Positions 29,339 through 38,500 of a stretch of DNA of 64,000 bases are shown piece by piece. The stretch lies in NCBI RefSeq assembly GCF_963677875.2, contig NZ_CAXXLT010000001.1, positions 139,838 to 203,837 of the forward strand. Reading direction: 5' to 3'. The position numbers and the translations under genes are program-made. The notes under the pieces are model-generated. The model ran no database searches and had not been told where the DNA came from. It was given only the letters and a program-made list of their open reading frames with translations. Origin of the DNA: Thiomicrorhabdus sp. (GTDB lineage: Bacteria > Pseudomonadota > Gammaproteobacteria > Thiomicrospirales > Thiomicrospiraceae). The first letter of the stretch is position 1. Each line of letters begins with the position of its first letter.

Positions 29339-30103
29339 TCAATTGCCGGCATGTACTTTCTTGACCAGTTCAAGATCAAGAAATTCATGCCCATGTGCAT
29401 TGCCCGACAGAATTCGGAAAACATTCTCCGGCTCACCCATCTGATCCAAAACAAGATCCGCCGCGGAAAAATCATCGTCCTTGGTATACTCGTTAATGGT
29501 AATGATGGTTTTCAGATTGGCTGCAGTTGAGGATTTAATGCCGTTATCGGAATCCTCAAATGCGATACACTCTTCCGGTTTAAGGTTCATTTTCTCCATC
29601 GCCCAGAAATAGATGTCCGGCGCAGGTTTTTTGGCGGGGACAATGTCGCCGGCCGCAATCACTTCAAACCAGCTCTCCGAATCCGCGCCAAGTGTGTTTG
29701 TCAAAAGTGCCGTGACATTCGCCGGCGTGGTTGTGGTGACCACTGCCATGCGCATTTGGCGATCGCGTGCCTCGTTAATCAAACGCTCGACGCCAGGACG
29801 CAACGGGATTTTACCTTCGGCCATCAGCTGTTTGTAAAATTCGGTTTTTGATGCGTGCAAGCCCTTGACGAATTCTTCAAAATCCTGCGGTTTTTCAAAA
29901 GTGGTATTGAAATTTTCCAGATAGTATTTGATGCGTTCTTTTCCACCGGTCACCGCCAGAAGTTCTCCGTACAGAGCTTCATCCCAGTTCCAGTCCAGAC
30001 CGGCCGCTTCAAAAGCCATGTTAAAAGCCGGACGGTGGCCATCGCGTTCGGTATCCGCCAAAGTGCCGTCTACATCAAACAATAAAGCTTCAAGTTGAGC
30101 CAT
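29339..30103 (-). CDS. cbbY: CbbY-type HAD phosphatase
   Basis: 254 aa. HAD motif I FDVDGTLADTE. ERDGHRPAFNMAFEAAGLDWNWD and VTGGKERIKYY are typical of CbbY proteins of Calvin-cycle autotrophs. Confidence 0.8.
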   Translation of the reverse strand: MAQLEALLFDVDGTLADTERDGHRPAFNMAFEAAGLDWNWDEALYGELLAVTGGKERIKYYLENFNTTFEKPQDFEEFVKGLHASKTEFYKQLMAEGKIPLRPGVERLINEARDRQMRMAVVTTTTPANVTALLTNTLGADSESWFEVIAAGDIVPAKKPAPDIYFWAMEKMNLKPEECIAFEDSDNGIKSSTAANLKTIITINEYTKDDDFSAADLVLDQMGEPENVFRILSGNAHGHEFLDLELVKKVHAGN

Positions 30104-30417
30104 GTGATTCCTCTTATCAATGTTTGCCGGTGACCATCCTGATAAATACGCTGAAAATCAACGCAGGCAACGGGCACCTATTTAAATTTTTTATGGTTGT
30201 AAGATGGCTATGCATTTTGCGGGATATGTATTGCAAATTCAAGCTTATAAGCATTAGGGTTATTTAAGAACAACATAACAAATTTAAAAGTTACTTGAAA
30301 AATATCACTTGTTGCGCGGTAGCAAACCTGATATAAAACACGGTTATAAAAAGTTTGTACTCAATAACAACAACAATTTTTTTCCTAACAAATAATAAAG
30401 AGTACAGGAGAGAGAAA

Positions 30418-30846
30418 ATGGAACTTCAAACTGACTTTATTGAAAACTACCCTCCCTATCAGCCTGCTGAGGGTGAAGAATATATGAGCCAGCAAATGCT
30501 GGAACACTTCAAAAACAAACTTTTGGCGTGGAAACAGCAACTGATTCAGGAAGCGAGCAGCACGGTATCTCATTTGAAATCCGACTCTGACACACCGGCA
30601 GATCCAAATGACCGCGCTTCCCAGGAAGAAGAGTTTGCTTTGGAGTTACGCACACGCGACCGTGAGCGCAAATTGATTTCAAAAATCGATAAATCTCTTA
30701 AGGATATCGAAAACGGTGAATACGGCTTCTGTAAAATGAGCGGCGAAGAGATCGGCTTGGCGCGCATGGAAGCCCGTCCAACAGCGACTTTGACCGTTGA
30801 AATGAAGCGTAAACAGGAAATTCGCGAAAAACAAGGCGTTGCCTGA
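30418..30846 (+). CDS. dksA: RNA polymerase-binding transcription factor DksA (zinc-finger cysteines largely absent)
   Basis: 142 aa from ATG 30418 (AGGAGAG RBS). Coiled-coil tip DPNDRASQEEE (DxxDxA) and C-terminal EYGFCKMSGEEIGLARMEARPTATLTVEMKRKQEIREKQ. Confidence 0.9.
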   Translation: MELQTDFIENYPPYQPAEGEEYMSQQMLEHFKNKLLAWKQQLIQEASSTVSHLKSDSDTPADPNDRASQEEEFALELRTRDRERKLISKIDKSLKDIENGEYGFCKMSGEEIGLARMEARPTATLTVEMKRKQEIREKQGVA

Positions 30847-30945
30847 AGCGCCCCTGTACCCCTCTGGGCTGGCCCTGACTTTTAGGACTGGCCCGGTTTC
30901 ATTCCTTTCTAAGATACGGCTTCACCATTATTTGCTTTAATTTTT

Positions 30946-32544
30946 ATGAACGAAGTCACCCTATCCGATTTAATTCAAGCTTTAAGCCTTCCGGAAACCT
31001 ATCCGCATCCTGTTGAAGTCATAACAACAATCGAAACGCATATTTCAGTGGTTTTTCTCACGGGTGAATTTGCTTATAAACTGAAAAAACCGGTCGATTT
31101 CGGTTTTCTCGACTTCACTCATCTGGATCAACGCCGTCACTATTACCGCATGGAACTGGAACTGAACAAACGCACCGCGCCTCAGCTCTATCTGGATGTT
31201 CTACCCTTTTACCGCCATTCTGACGGTTCGTTTGGATTTGAACCCGAAGCGATGCGAGATCAACCGATCGAATATCTGCTGAAAATGCGCCAGTTTGATC
31301 CCAACAACGTCTTAAGCCGTCTGCTTCAAAAACAAGGGCTAGAGGACCAGCAAGTTGAAGCACTCGCGCTGCAGATTGCCGATTTTCACGCCAATGCAAC
31401 GACGGTTGACGATCAGAGTAATCTGGGGGATCCGCCGGTCATTCTGCAACCGATGTTGGATAATTTTCCAACCCTGCTGGCTGAGTATCGAAAAAGTGCG
31501 GGAGAGGAATTGACTGCCCTGCAAGCCTGGACACAGCAAACCTACCATTGCTTGTTTCAGCGCCTGCAAAGCCGAAAAAACGAGGGCTTCATCCGCGCCT
31601 GTCACGGCGACCTGCATCTGGATAATATTGCGCTGGTCGACGAACGCCCGTTACTCTTTGATGGGATTGAATTCAATGAAAATTTTCGCTGGATCGATGT
31701 TCTCAGCGATCTGGCATTTTTGCTGATTGATCTGGACTTTCGCAAACAGCGTCGTTTGAAAAACCATCTTCTGTCGATTTACCTGAATCAAACTCAGGAC
31801 TATGCAGTTTTTGATCTTCTGAAGTTTTACCGAGTTTATCGAACGCTGGTGCGGGCTAAAATCAGTGGTTTACGCTGCGCTCAACTGGATGAAAAGGACT
31901 ACCGCAAAAAGCAGATGCAGCAGACCACACTTGATTACATCCATCAGGCGCTTGATTACAGTAGAGAAGATGCGCAACCAAAACTGATTTTACTGCAGGG
32001 CGTCTCCGGTTCCGGAAAAAGTTATCTGGCCGCCCATCTGCTTGATTGGTTTGATGCCATCATTCTAAGCTCGGATCGGACTCGCAAACGCCTCTACGGA
32101 ATCCACGCAACCACGCGAATTCAGGAAGCAGACAAACAAGCGCTCTATAGTGAAGAGATGAGCCGACGCACCTACGAGACATTGCTCTCGAATGCCAGCA
32201 CGCTTCTCAAGCAAAGACAAAACGTCATTGTCGATGCAACCTTCCTGAAACGCGAACATCGCCAAGTATTCTATGCTTTGCAAAACGAGATTGATTGCAA
32301 ACCCTTTACCTTGTCGATACAGGTGTCGCAAACACTTGCCGAACAGTCCATCCGTTATCGTCAGCAACTGAATCAAGACCCGTCCGATGCCGATGCCGAA
32401 GTGATGTTGCGTCAGATGGCAATCAATCAGCCGCCCGCAAAAGAAGAACCAGCCCTTTCATTGCCTGCCGATGAATTGAGGCTGCGTCTGCCGGAAAGAG
32501 AAATCCGTCAGTTCCTTAAGATTGAAGAAAACCCGTCGATATAA
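30946..32544 (+). CDS. two-domain protein: APH-like phosphotransferase fold + P-loop (AAA_33-like) kinase
   Basis: 532 aa. HGDLHLDNI catalytic loop in the N-terminal half; Walker A GVSGSGKS in the C-terminal half. Confidence 0.8.
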   Translation: MNEVTLSDLIQALSLPETYPHPVEVITTIETHISVVFLTGEFAYKLKKPVDFGFLDFTHLDQRRHYYRMELELNKRTAPQLYLDVLPFYRHSDGSFGFEPEAMRDQPIEYLLKMRQFDPNNVLSRLLQKQGLEDQQVEALALQIADFHANATTVDDQSNLGDPPVILQPMLDNFPTLLAEYRKSAGEELTALQAWTQQTYHCLFQRLQSRKNEGFIRACHGDLHLDNIALVDERPLLFDGIEFNENFRWIDVLSDLAFLLIDLDFRKQRRLKNHLLSIYLNQTQDYAVFDLLKFYRVYRTLVRAKISGLRCAQLDEKDYRKKQMQQTTLDYIHQALDYSREDAQPKLILLQGVSGSGKSYLAAHLLDWFDAIILSSDRTRKRLYGIHATTRIQEADKQALYSEEMSRRTYETLLSNASTLLKQRQNVIVDATFLKREHRQVFYALQNEIDCKPFTLSIQVSQTLAEQSIRYRQQLNQDPSDADAEVMLRQMAINQPPAKEEPALSLPADELRLRLPEREIRQFLKIEENPSI

Positions 32545-32589
32545 ACCGTATCCTTCTCTTGTTGAGAAAGCGTTATAAGGATTACTGCA

Positions 32590-33255
32590 ATGACGTTCTA
32601 TTTTCGGTTTTTGCCCTGGTTTCTGGTCTTTTGTCTGCTTTTGCCGGCGACAAACCCGGTGGTTGCGCAAGACGCTCCCGCAGCAAACAATGAACAAGTG
32701 CTTAAGAATGAGCAAGGTCTCAAACAGTTTCGTTTTTTAAAAATTCCCCTTTATCTCGCACAAAGGGAAACATTCCGTCAGCAGCTTGCAGAGCTGGGTG
32801 GGTTTGCAGAGTCGAGAGCAACCTGGAGATATCCTTTTAAGGATCGCTTCTACTCGCCCCTTCGCCTGGCGGACAGTCGTTATATTGTTTTTGATTTTGA
32901 CCAGAAAGGTCGAGTCAGCGGCTACACTCGAGTGTTCCGAAATCTTTATTCCGAAAGTTCTCGTGAGCTTTTCCGTCAGCCAGCACTCTGGCGTTCCCTT
33001 GAGAAAATCGCTCTGACAGTAACAGAGCAAACAGGAATAAGCCCGCTGATTCGCAAGCATCAATCGGGCGGATTCCACGCCAGCAAGAGTTACCATTGGG
33101 AAAGTCCGAGTGTTAAAATCGCTTTGTCGCATTCGGGGTATGATCCCTATGCGGAGCCGGTTTTGCGCGTCGAATTTCATTATGAAAATGAGAACGATGG
33201 ACAAAAGCAACCAGACGGATTCCCTGAAGCAGAAAGGCAAACAAATGGAATTTAA
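32590..33255 (+). CDS. hypothetical secreted protein
   Basis: 221 aa. AAGGA RBS and a signal-peptide-like N-terminus (FLPWFLVFCLLLPATNPVVAQD). The 175-aa antisense ORF has an implausible Cys-rich composition. Confidence 0.6.
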   Translation: MTFYFRFLPWFLVFCLLLPATNPVVAQDAPAANNEQVLKNEQGLKQFRFLKIPLYLAQRETFRQQLAELGGFAESRATWRYPFKDRFYSPLRLADSRYIVFDFDQKGRVSGYTRVFRNLYSESSRELFRQPALWRSLEKIALTVTEQTGISPLIRKHQSGGFHASKSYHWESPSVKIALSHSGYDPYAEPVLRVEFHYENENDGQKQPDGFPEAERQTNGI

Positions 33256-33294
33256 TCCAATCACAGTTTGATTCTCTCTTTCTTATACCCTGCT

Positions 33295-33954
33295 TTATTT
33301 TTTCGCTATAAAAATATGATCACTTGACGCTTTCAACTGGATTAACTTTTTAATAAACGCCGTCAATTCAGAAAAAAATGCTTCCAGATGCTGAAAAGCA
33401 TGATTACCTCCCGGATAGGCGGCTAAAAAATGACGATCCGGTTTTGCCTGATATTTCTTTATCGTAGCAGTAATGTTTACCACCTCATCTTCTAGATCCA
33501 CCGCCAGCAGAGAATGCAGAGTATGATCCGGTTTTACAATATCGTATTTTTGCAAAGCTTCAAGATAATGCGGGTTGATACAAATTGTTTCGCCGCTGTG
33601 TGGATTGAAATGCTCGCCCAGATATTCAGGAAACAGTTCCTGAGGGTGCAATGCCGGATTGATCATCACATAAGGAAGCTTATGACGATGAGCAAAATAC
33701 TGAGCATAAAAACCTCCCAGAGAAGAACCGATCAAGACAATTTGCGAGTGAGGATAATCCGCTTTCAGTTTTTGCAAGGCTTCTTCAATTGCAGCGACAC
33801 TTGATTCGGGAGAGCGCAAGGTGTAATTCGGGGTACGAAAGTCCATAATATCAATGTCTTTCCAAGCCTGGCAGCTCTGCTTGATCCATTGAGCTTTAAA
33901 ACTGTTTCCGCTACTTAAAAAGCCATGTAGATAGAGACAAACCACCGTCTGCAT
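33295..33954 (-). CDS. YqiA/YcfP-type alpha/beta hydrolase (esterase)
   Basis: 219 aa. LYLHGFLSS oxyanion segment and GSSLGG nucleophile elbow. Confidence 0.8.
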   Translation of the reverse strand: MQTVVCLYLHGFLSSGNSFKAQWIKQSCQAWKDIDIMDFRTPNYTLRSPESSVAAIEEALQKLKADYPHSQIVLIGSSLGGFYAQYFAHRHKLPYVMINPALHPQELFPEYLGEHFNPHSGETICINPHYLEALQKYDIVKPDHTLHSLLAVDLEDEVVNITATIKKYQAKPDRHFLAAYPGGNHAFQHLEAFFSELTAFIKKLIQLKASSDHIFIAKK

Positions 33955-33972
33955 CTGTTAAAATTCCTCGCT

Positions 33973-35733
33973 ATGATTAAGCCTACCCAAATTTTGGAAC
34001 GTCAACCGAATCCGAAAATTTTCCAAGCAGCCAAACACCTTGGATTAACGGATCTGCAGGCCATGCTGGTTGCCAATCGTCTGGATGACGCCGATAAGCT
34101 TGATGAAATTGTGTTCCCGAAATTAAAACACATTCAGGCGCCGGTAGAGCTGAAGAATGCCGACATGGCGGCAAAATTGATTGCCGATGCCATTCAAAGT
34201 GATCGGATGATCGTGCTGGCAACCGACTATGATACCGACGGAGTCACTTCAGCCTGGGTGGCCACAAGTGCGTTGAGCGATTTTTTCGGGGTTTCTCCCC
34301 ACAGAATTCGACACATCATTGGTGAGCGGAAAAGCGGTTACGGCATCACCGATGAAGTCGTCGATCGCATCTTAGCCATCAAAGAACCGGTAGCGCTGGT
34401 CATTTCCGCCGATCAGGGTTCCAGCGATGAAAAAAGAATTTCGCGTCTCAAAGAGGCCGGTATTCCGGTTTGTGTCACAGACCACCACCAATTACCGATT
34501 GAAGGCCCTCCACCAAGCGCTGCCTGCACGGTCAATCCTCAGCAATCCGGCTGCCGTTACGATAAAACAGTTGCCGGCTGTTTTGTCATTTTTCTGGTTA
34601 TGGCACAAGTCCGTCAGGAACTGATTGCCCGCGGCTATCTTTCCGAGCAATCGCCTTCCCTAAAACCGCTGGCCTTGAATGTTTCTCTGGGTACCGTAGC
34701 CGACAGCGTCAGTTTGAAAAGCCCGAATAATCGAGCTATTGTCCGTACCGGCCTGCAAATGATCAACCGTTTTCAATCGCCGGCATGGCAGGCCATGAAG
34801 GAACTGAACGATAACCAGGGACAGCCGTTCGACGCCGAATTTCTCGGTTTTCAAGTCGCAACTCGTATCAATGCCGCCAGCCGGGTCAGTGACGTTACGA
34901 CAGCATTTCATTTTTTGACGGCGGCGGACTTGAGTCAGGCAAAATCCTATTTGCAGCAACTTGACGAGGATAACTTCAATCGCCGCGAACAGCAGCATGA
35001 GATGCTGCAACAGGCCAAGGAACGCGCGCGCGAACTGTATCACCCTGATCGATACAGCCTGGCAATCAAACTACAAGGCAATGCCGGGATTCAAGGAATC
35101 ATCGCTTCGCGCATCGGAGAACAATACGGTGTGCCGACGGTTGCCATGACCGATCTTCGGGATGGACATCTGGCGGGAAGCGGACGCGGAATTGTCGATG
35201 AAGTCGATTTACGAGCCGCCTTCCAATGGATGTCGGAACAGGATTCGACGCTGTTTACTTCCATGGGCGGACATAAAGGCGCCGCCGGTTGCATGATTCC
35301 GATTGAAAAATACCCATTGTTCAGCGACTTGTTCGAAACCGCTATTCAGGCGCAGTTAGGCAGTGAAGCACCAGCGCCCAGAGTTTTCACCGACGGGCAG
35401 TTGCATCCGTCTCAGTTAACGCCGCCGCTGATTCAGGAAATCAGCGATCTTGAACCTTTCGGCAGAGAATGGCCAAAACCTTTATTCAAAGGGGTTTTTC
35501 AAATTGTTTCGATCAAAAGCGTCGGTCAGACTCAAACCCACCTGTCGCTGAAGCTTGCCAGTGATCAAGGTAGCCAACACAGTGCTATTTTTTTCAACGG
35601 CAAAGAATCCGCCGATGCCCCGCAACCTTTCGACAACGGTGACTGGATTGAATGCGCTTACCAACCGTCGCTGAACCGCTTTTTCGGACGCACGAGCATC
35701 CAGTTAAGAATTCAGGCGGCGCATCGGATTTAA
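33973..35733 (+). CDS. recJ: single-stranded-DNA-specific exonuclease RecJ
   Basis: 586 aa. DHH motifs (DYDTDGVTS, TDHH), DHHA1 GGHKGAAG, and a C-terminal OB-like domain. Confidence 0.94.
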   Translation: MIKPTQILERQPNPKIFQAAKHLGLTDLQAMLVANRLDDADKLDEIVFPKLKHIQAPVELKNADMAAKLIADAIQSDRMIVLATDYDTDGVTSAWVATSALSDFFGVSPHRIRHIIGERKSGYGITDEVVDRILAIKEPVALVISADQGSSDEKRISRLKEAGIPVCVTDHHQLPIEGPPPSAACTVNPQQSGCRYDKTVAGCFVIFLVMAQVRQELIARGYLSEQSPSLKPLALNVSLGTVADSVSLKSPNNRAIVRTGLQMINRFQSPAWQAMKELNDNQGQPFDAEFLGFQVATRINAASRVSDVTTAFHFLTAADLSQAKSYLQQLDEDNFNRREQQHEMLQQAKERARELYHPDRYSLAIKLQGNAGIQGIIASRIGEQYGVPTVAMTDLRDGHLAGSGRGIVDEVDLRAAFQWMSEQDSTLFTSMGGHKGAAGCMIPIEKYPLFSDLFETAIQAQLGSEAPAPRVFTDGQLHPSQLTPPLIQEISDLEPFGREWPKPLFKGVFQIVSIKSVGQTQTHLSLKLASDQGSQHSAIFFNGKESADAPQPFDNGDWIECAYQPSLNRFFGRTSIQLRIQAAHRI

Positions 35734-35749
35734 TACAAGCCCGCAAAAA

Positions 35750-35792
35750 ATAAAAACCGCTTAGACAACCAGTGTTTAAGCGGTTTTTTATT
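35750..35792. terminator. bidirectional Rho-independent terminator (recJ / thrC)
   Basis: AACCGCTTAGAC / GTTTAAGCGGTT stem (1 mismatch), flanked by an A-run and TTTTTTATTTT. Confidence 0.72.
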
Positions 35793-35809
35793 TTCACTCC
35801 ACGAGAAGC

Positions 35810-37282
35810 TTACAGGAAATCCAGAATTTCTTTTTCAATATCAGCTTTGTTAATGACCGTCGTCTGGGCGATTGATTTGTCAAACAGGGCGGCGATCTGC
35901 TGAGGAATCGCAACCTGCGCTTTGGACGCAATCAATTCAAGTGCTTCGATATCATGTTCCGGCTTTTCTCCGGTCAAGGCGTAAGCGATTACTGGAGAGA
36001 ATTTGGTCCATTCTGCAGTCGAATAAGCAATGGTTTTCACCGACTTGTCGCCACGGCAAGTATCGTAGGCCTTAAAGCAGGTCGCGGTATGCGGACACAT
36101 CAGATAACCGACTTCGAATGCCTGCTTGATATATGCCAGCCCCTCTTCATCATTGCAGAAATCGGCTGCAAAAATGGACTGAATTCGTTGCAATTCATCG
36201 GCGTTCAACTCGTAATACTTTTCCTGATCAAGTTGCAGCATTAATTCTTTGGTTCGTTCGGCACCAAACAGGTCAAAGAGGATACGTTCGATGTTAGACG
36301 ATTTCAGAATATCCATCGCAGGAGATGTCGTTGGGATGACGCTGGCGCCACGTAGATCGTACTTGCCGGTTGTGATGAATTTCGTTAAAACATTATTGCT
36401 GTTGGAGGCAATGTGAATTTGCTTGACCGGCAAGCCCATTTTATAGGCATAGTATCCACCCAATGCATTACCGAAGTTCCCGCTCGGCACATTCAGGTAG
36501 ACCTTTTCGCCCAATTCGATTGCGCCCTGGCGTACCAGTTCCAGATAGCTGTAGATGTGATAAATTGTCTGGAAAATAATCCGCCCGAAATTCACCGAGT
36601 TCGCCGCCGACAGCGAAATATTCTTTTCTTTCAAAGCGGCATTGAACTTATCGGAAACCAATAACGTTTTCAAAGCCGACTGTGCGTCATCGAAATCACC
36701 GTGAATTCCAATGACCTTAAGGTTGGCCGCATCTTCGGTTACCATCTGCAAACGCTGCACGTCAGAGGTTCCGCCATCCGGATACAAGCAGGCAACCTGA
36801 ACTTTATCTCGGTTCTTGAACGTTTCCAGAGCCGCCGGCCCGGTATCGCCACTGGTGGCGGCTAAAATCAAATAATTTTCGTCGCGTTCCTGCGCTACCG
36901 CAGACAATACCTTGCCGAACGGCTGCAATGCCATATCCTTAAAAGCACGCGTTGGCCCGTGATACAGTTCGCTGACGTACAGATCGTCGTACACCTTAAC
37001 AACTGGAACCGGATTTTTCGGATCATCAAACTCATCATATAAATCCAGGGCATCATCAATCACCTTCTGATCGATATCGACCTCGAAAGCACGCAACACA
37101 TCACGAGCCAGAACTTTGTAGCCAGACGAGATATGCGATTGTAAGAAAGCTTCATCGAAGGCCGGAAGCGTTTCCGGGGAATAGATGCCGCCAAACGAAG
37201 ACATCGGACTTAAAATCGCTTGGGAAAAAGTGATGCTGGCCGGTCTTTGACCGTCGTTACCGCGCGTTTCGATAAATTTCAT
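35810..37282 (-). CDS. thrC: threonine synthase (long form)
   Basis: 490 aa from ATG 37282 (MKFIETRGNDG). PLP-lysine segment GPTRAFKDMALQ. The 33 extra N-terminal codons in the ORF track begin with GTG directly at the neighbour's stop and are probably not translated. Confidence 0.93.
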   Translation of the reverse strand: MKFIETRGNDGQRPASITFSQAILSPMSSFGGIYSPETLPAFDEAFLQSHISSGYKVLARDVLRAFEVDIDQKVIDDALDLYDEFDDPKNPVPVVKVYDDLYVSELYHGPTRAFKDMALQPFGKVLSAVAQERDENYLILAATSGDTGPAALETFKNRDKVQVACLYPDGGTSDVQRLQMVTEDAANLKVIGIHGDFDDAQSALKTLLVSDKFNAALKEKNISLSAANSVNFGRIIFQTIYHIYSYLELVRQGAIELGEKVYLNVPSGNFGNALGGYYAYKMGLPVKQIHIASNSNNVLTKFITTGKYDLRGASVIPTTSPAMDILKSSNIERILFDLFGAERTKELMLQLDQEKYYELNADELQRIQSIFAADFCNDEEGLAYIKQAFEVGYLMCPHTATCFKAYDTCRGDKSVKTIAYSTAEWTKFSPVIAYALTGEKPEHDIEALELIASKAQVAIPQQIAALFDKSIAQTTVINKADIEKEILDFL

Positions 37283-37381
37283 GTCGAACCTGTTGTCTAT
37301 AAAAGTAAAAGATGGGCGAATTATACCGAAAACGGTCCAAAAGTTCGCCTTGAAATCATTCGCGAAGCTGGCGGAAAACAC

Positions 37382-38398
37382 TCATCCAATCGAATCCAAA
37401 CGCTTTTTACGGCGCCAGAAGCGACGTAAATGCCCGGGATTTACATGAATCAGTTTTTCAGCGCCAAGGTCAATCAGCACGGAATCATACTTCTTCTGCC
37501 GAATGGCATTCAACAGCGGCAAAAACCAGTTCTCTTCCAAATCATTCAGGCTTTGCACTCCGAGAAGGCTTGTCTGCAAGGGAATATGAACCATTTCATG
37601 CCCGATTCCGTCATTTGTGAAACTGCGGCAAGATGCTAAATTATCAGGCGTAGCCTGCCATTCAGCCTGAGTGACAACGGCCAAACCATGCAGATAATCG
37701 TGACTTCCGCTGATGGCGGTTTTCGGACGCAGTCGAATGGCACACTCGCTTAAAACGCCTTCGCCCCAGACCCAAACACTGTTAATTTCCGGATCGCCCC
37801 GTTCTCTTCTTTGCAGATTGACCGGATGATCGAAAAACAGCATCTGAGTTTCATTCATCAATTGTCGCCAGTAAGTCGCCGCATTACCGCTCGGGTAAAG
37901 ACCGTGTAAATTCCGATAAGCCGCCACTTCCAGTGGCACCGAGCCTATATCCACTTTTTGCCGAATCCGCAAATACCACTGGTAAGCACCGCCGTATTCC
38001 AGTTGAATGCCGTCGTCGCCGAAATGCAGATTGAACGCTTCGACCAATGCTTGGGATTCTGCTTCGGTAATAGCCAAGTCTTGCGGAGGAATCAGCACCA
38101 GCGTATCGCGATCAGGAATCATCTGTACCGGATCGATCTTCACCCAGAAAGCGTTTGCATCAAAATCCGGCAACTGCACTGCAGCCTGCACCGCAGCGGC
38201 AGGCAAAGTTTCCGGTTGATGGAACAGGTGACAGGCACGCGCCTGAAAGGATTGCGGTTTCCGGGGCAGAATATCCCCTTTGGACCATAACCCTTGCAGA
38301 GTCGGCAAATGCAGTTCGGCAGCCAAAGGCTTTTCGGCAAGCACTGCCTGCAAAGCCGGATAAAAATCGGGAATCCAAAGTGTTAAAGCACGTCCCAT
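37382..38398 (-). CDS. conserved hypothetical protein (338 aa, soluble, Trp-rich)
   Basis: ORF with GAAGG RBS. Coding-like composition and no TM helix or signal peptide. The motifs WVKIDPVQM..DRD.LVL and NSVWVWGEG remind me of a proteobacterial family often mis-annotated as phosphoglycerate mutase (COG4255-like); this is unverified. Confidence 0.65.
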   Translation of the reverse strand: MGRALTLWIPDFYPALQAVLAEKPLAAELHLPTLQGLWSKGDILPRKPQSFQARACHLFHQPETLPAAAVQAAVQLPDFDANAFWVKIDPVQMIPDRDTLVLIPPQDLAITEAESQALVEAFNLHFGDDGIQLEYGGAYQWYLRIRQKVDIGSVPLEVAAYRNLHGLYPSGNAATYWRQLMNETQMLFFDHPVNLQRRERGDPEINSVWVWGEGVLSECAIRLRPKTAISGSHDYLHGLAVVTQAEWQATPDNLASCRSFTNDGIGHEMVHIPLQTSLLGVQSLNDLEENWFLPLLNAIRQKKYDSVLIDLGAEKLIHVNPGHLRRFWRRKKRLDSIG

Positions 38399-38421
38399 GA
38401 AATACCTTCAGAACTAAGACG

Positions 38422-38446
38422 AAAAAAGCCGGCAAGCCGACTTTTT
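38422..38446 (-). terminator. possible terminator/attenuating hairpin after hom
   Basis: The minus strand reads AAAAAGTCGGCTTGCCGGCTTTTTT, a 6-bp stem with one G-U pair plus T6. Two further weak hairpins lie between it and the hom stop. Confidence 0.4.
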
Positions 38447-38500
38447 ATCTAAAAAAACGAAAACCTTTTCATAATGAAAATGCAGGTTTCCTGCACGAAT

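Noticed and set aside
32737-33264. 175-aa minus-strand ORF opposite the 221-aa secreted-protein ORF.
   Set aside because: It has a Cys/Leu/Arg-rich, implausible sequence and no RBS. The plus-strand ORF has an RBS and a signal peptide, so the plus strand was chosen (moderate confidence).
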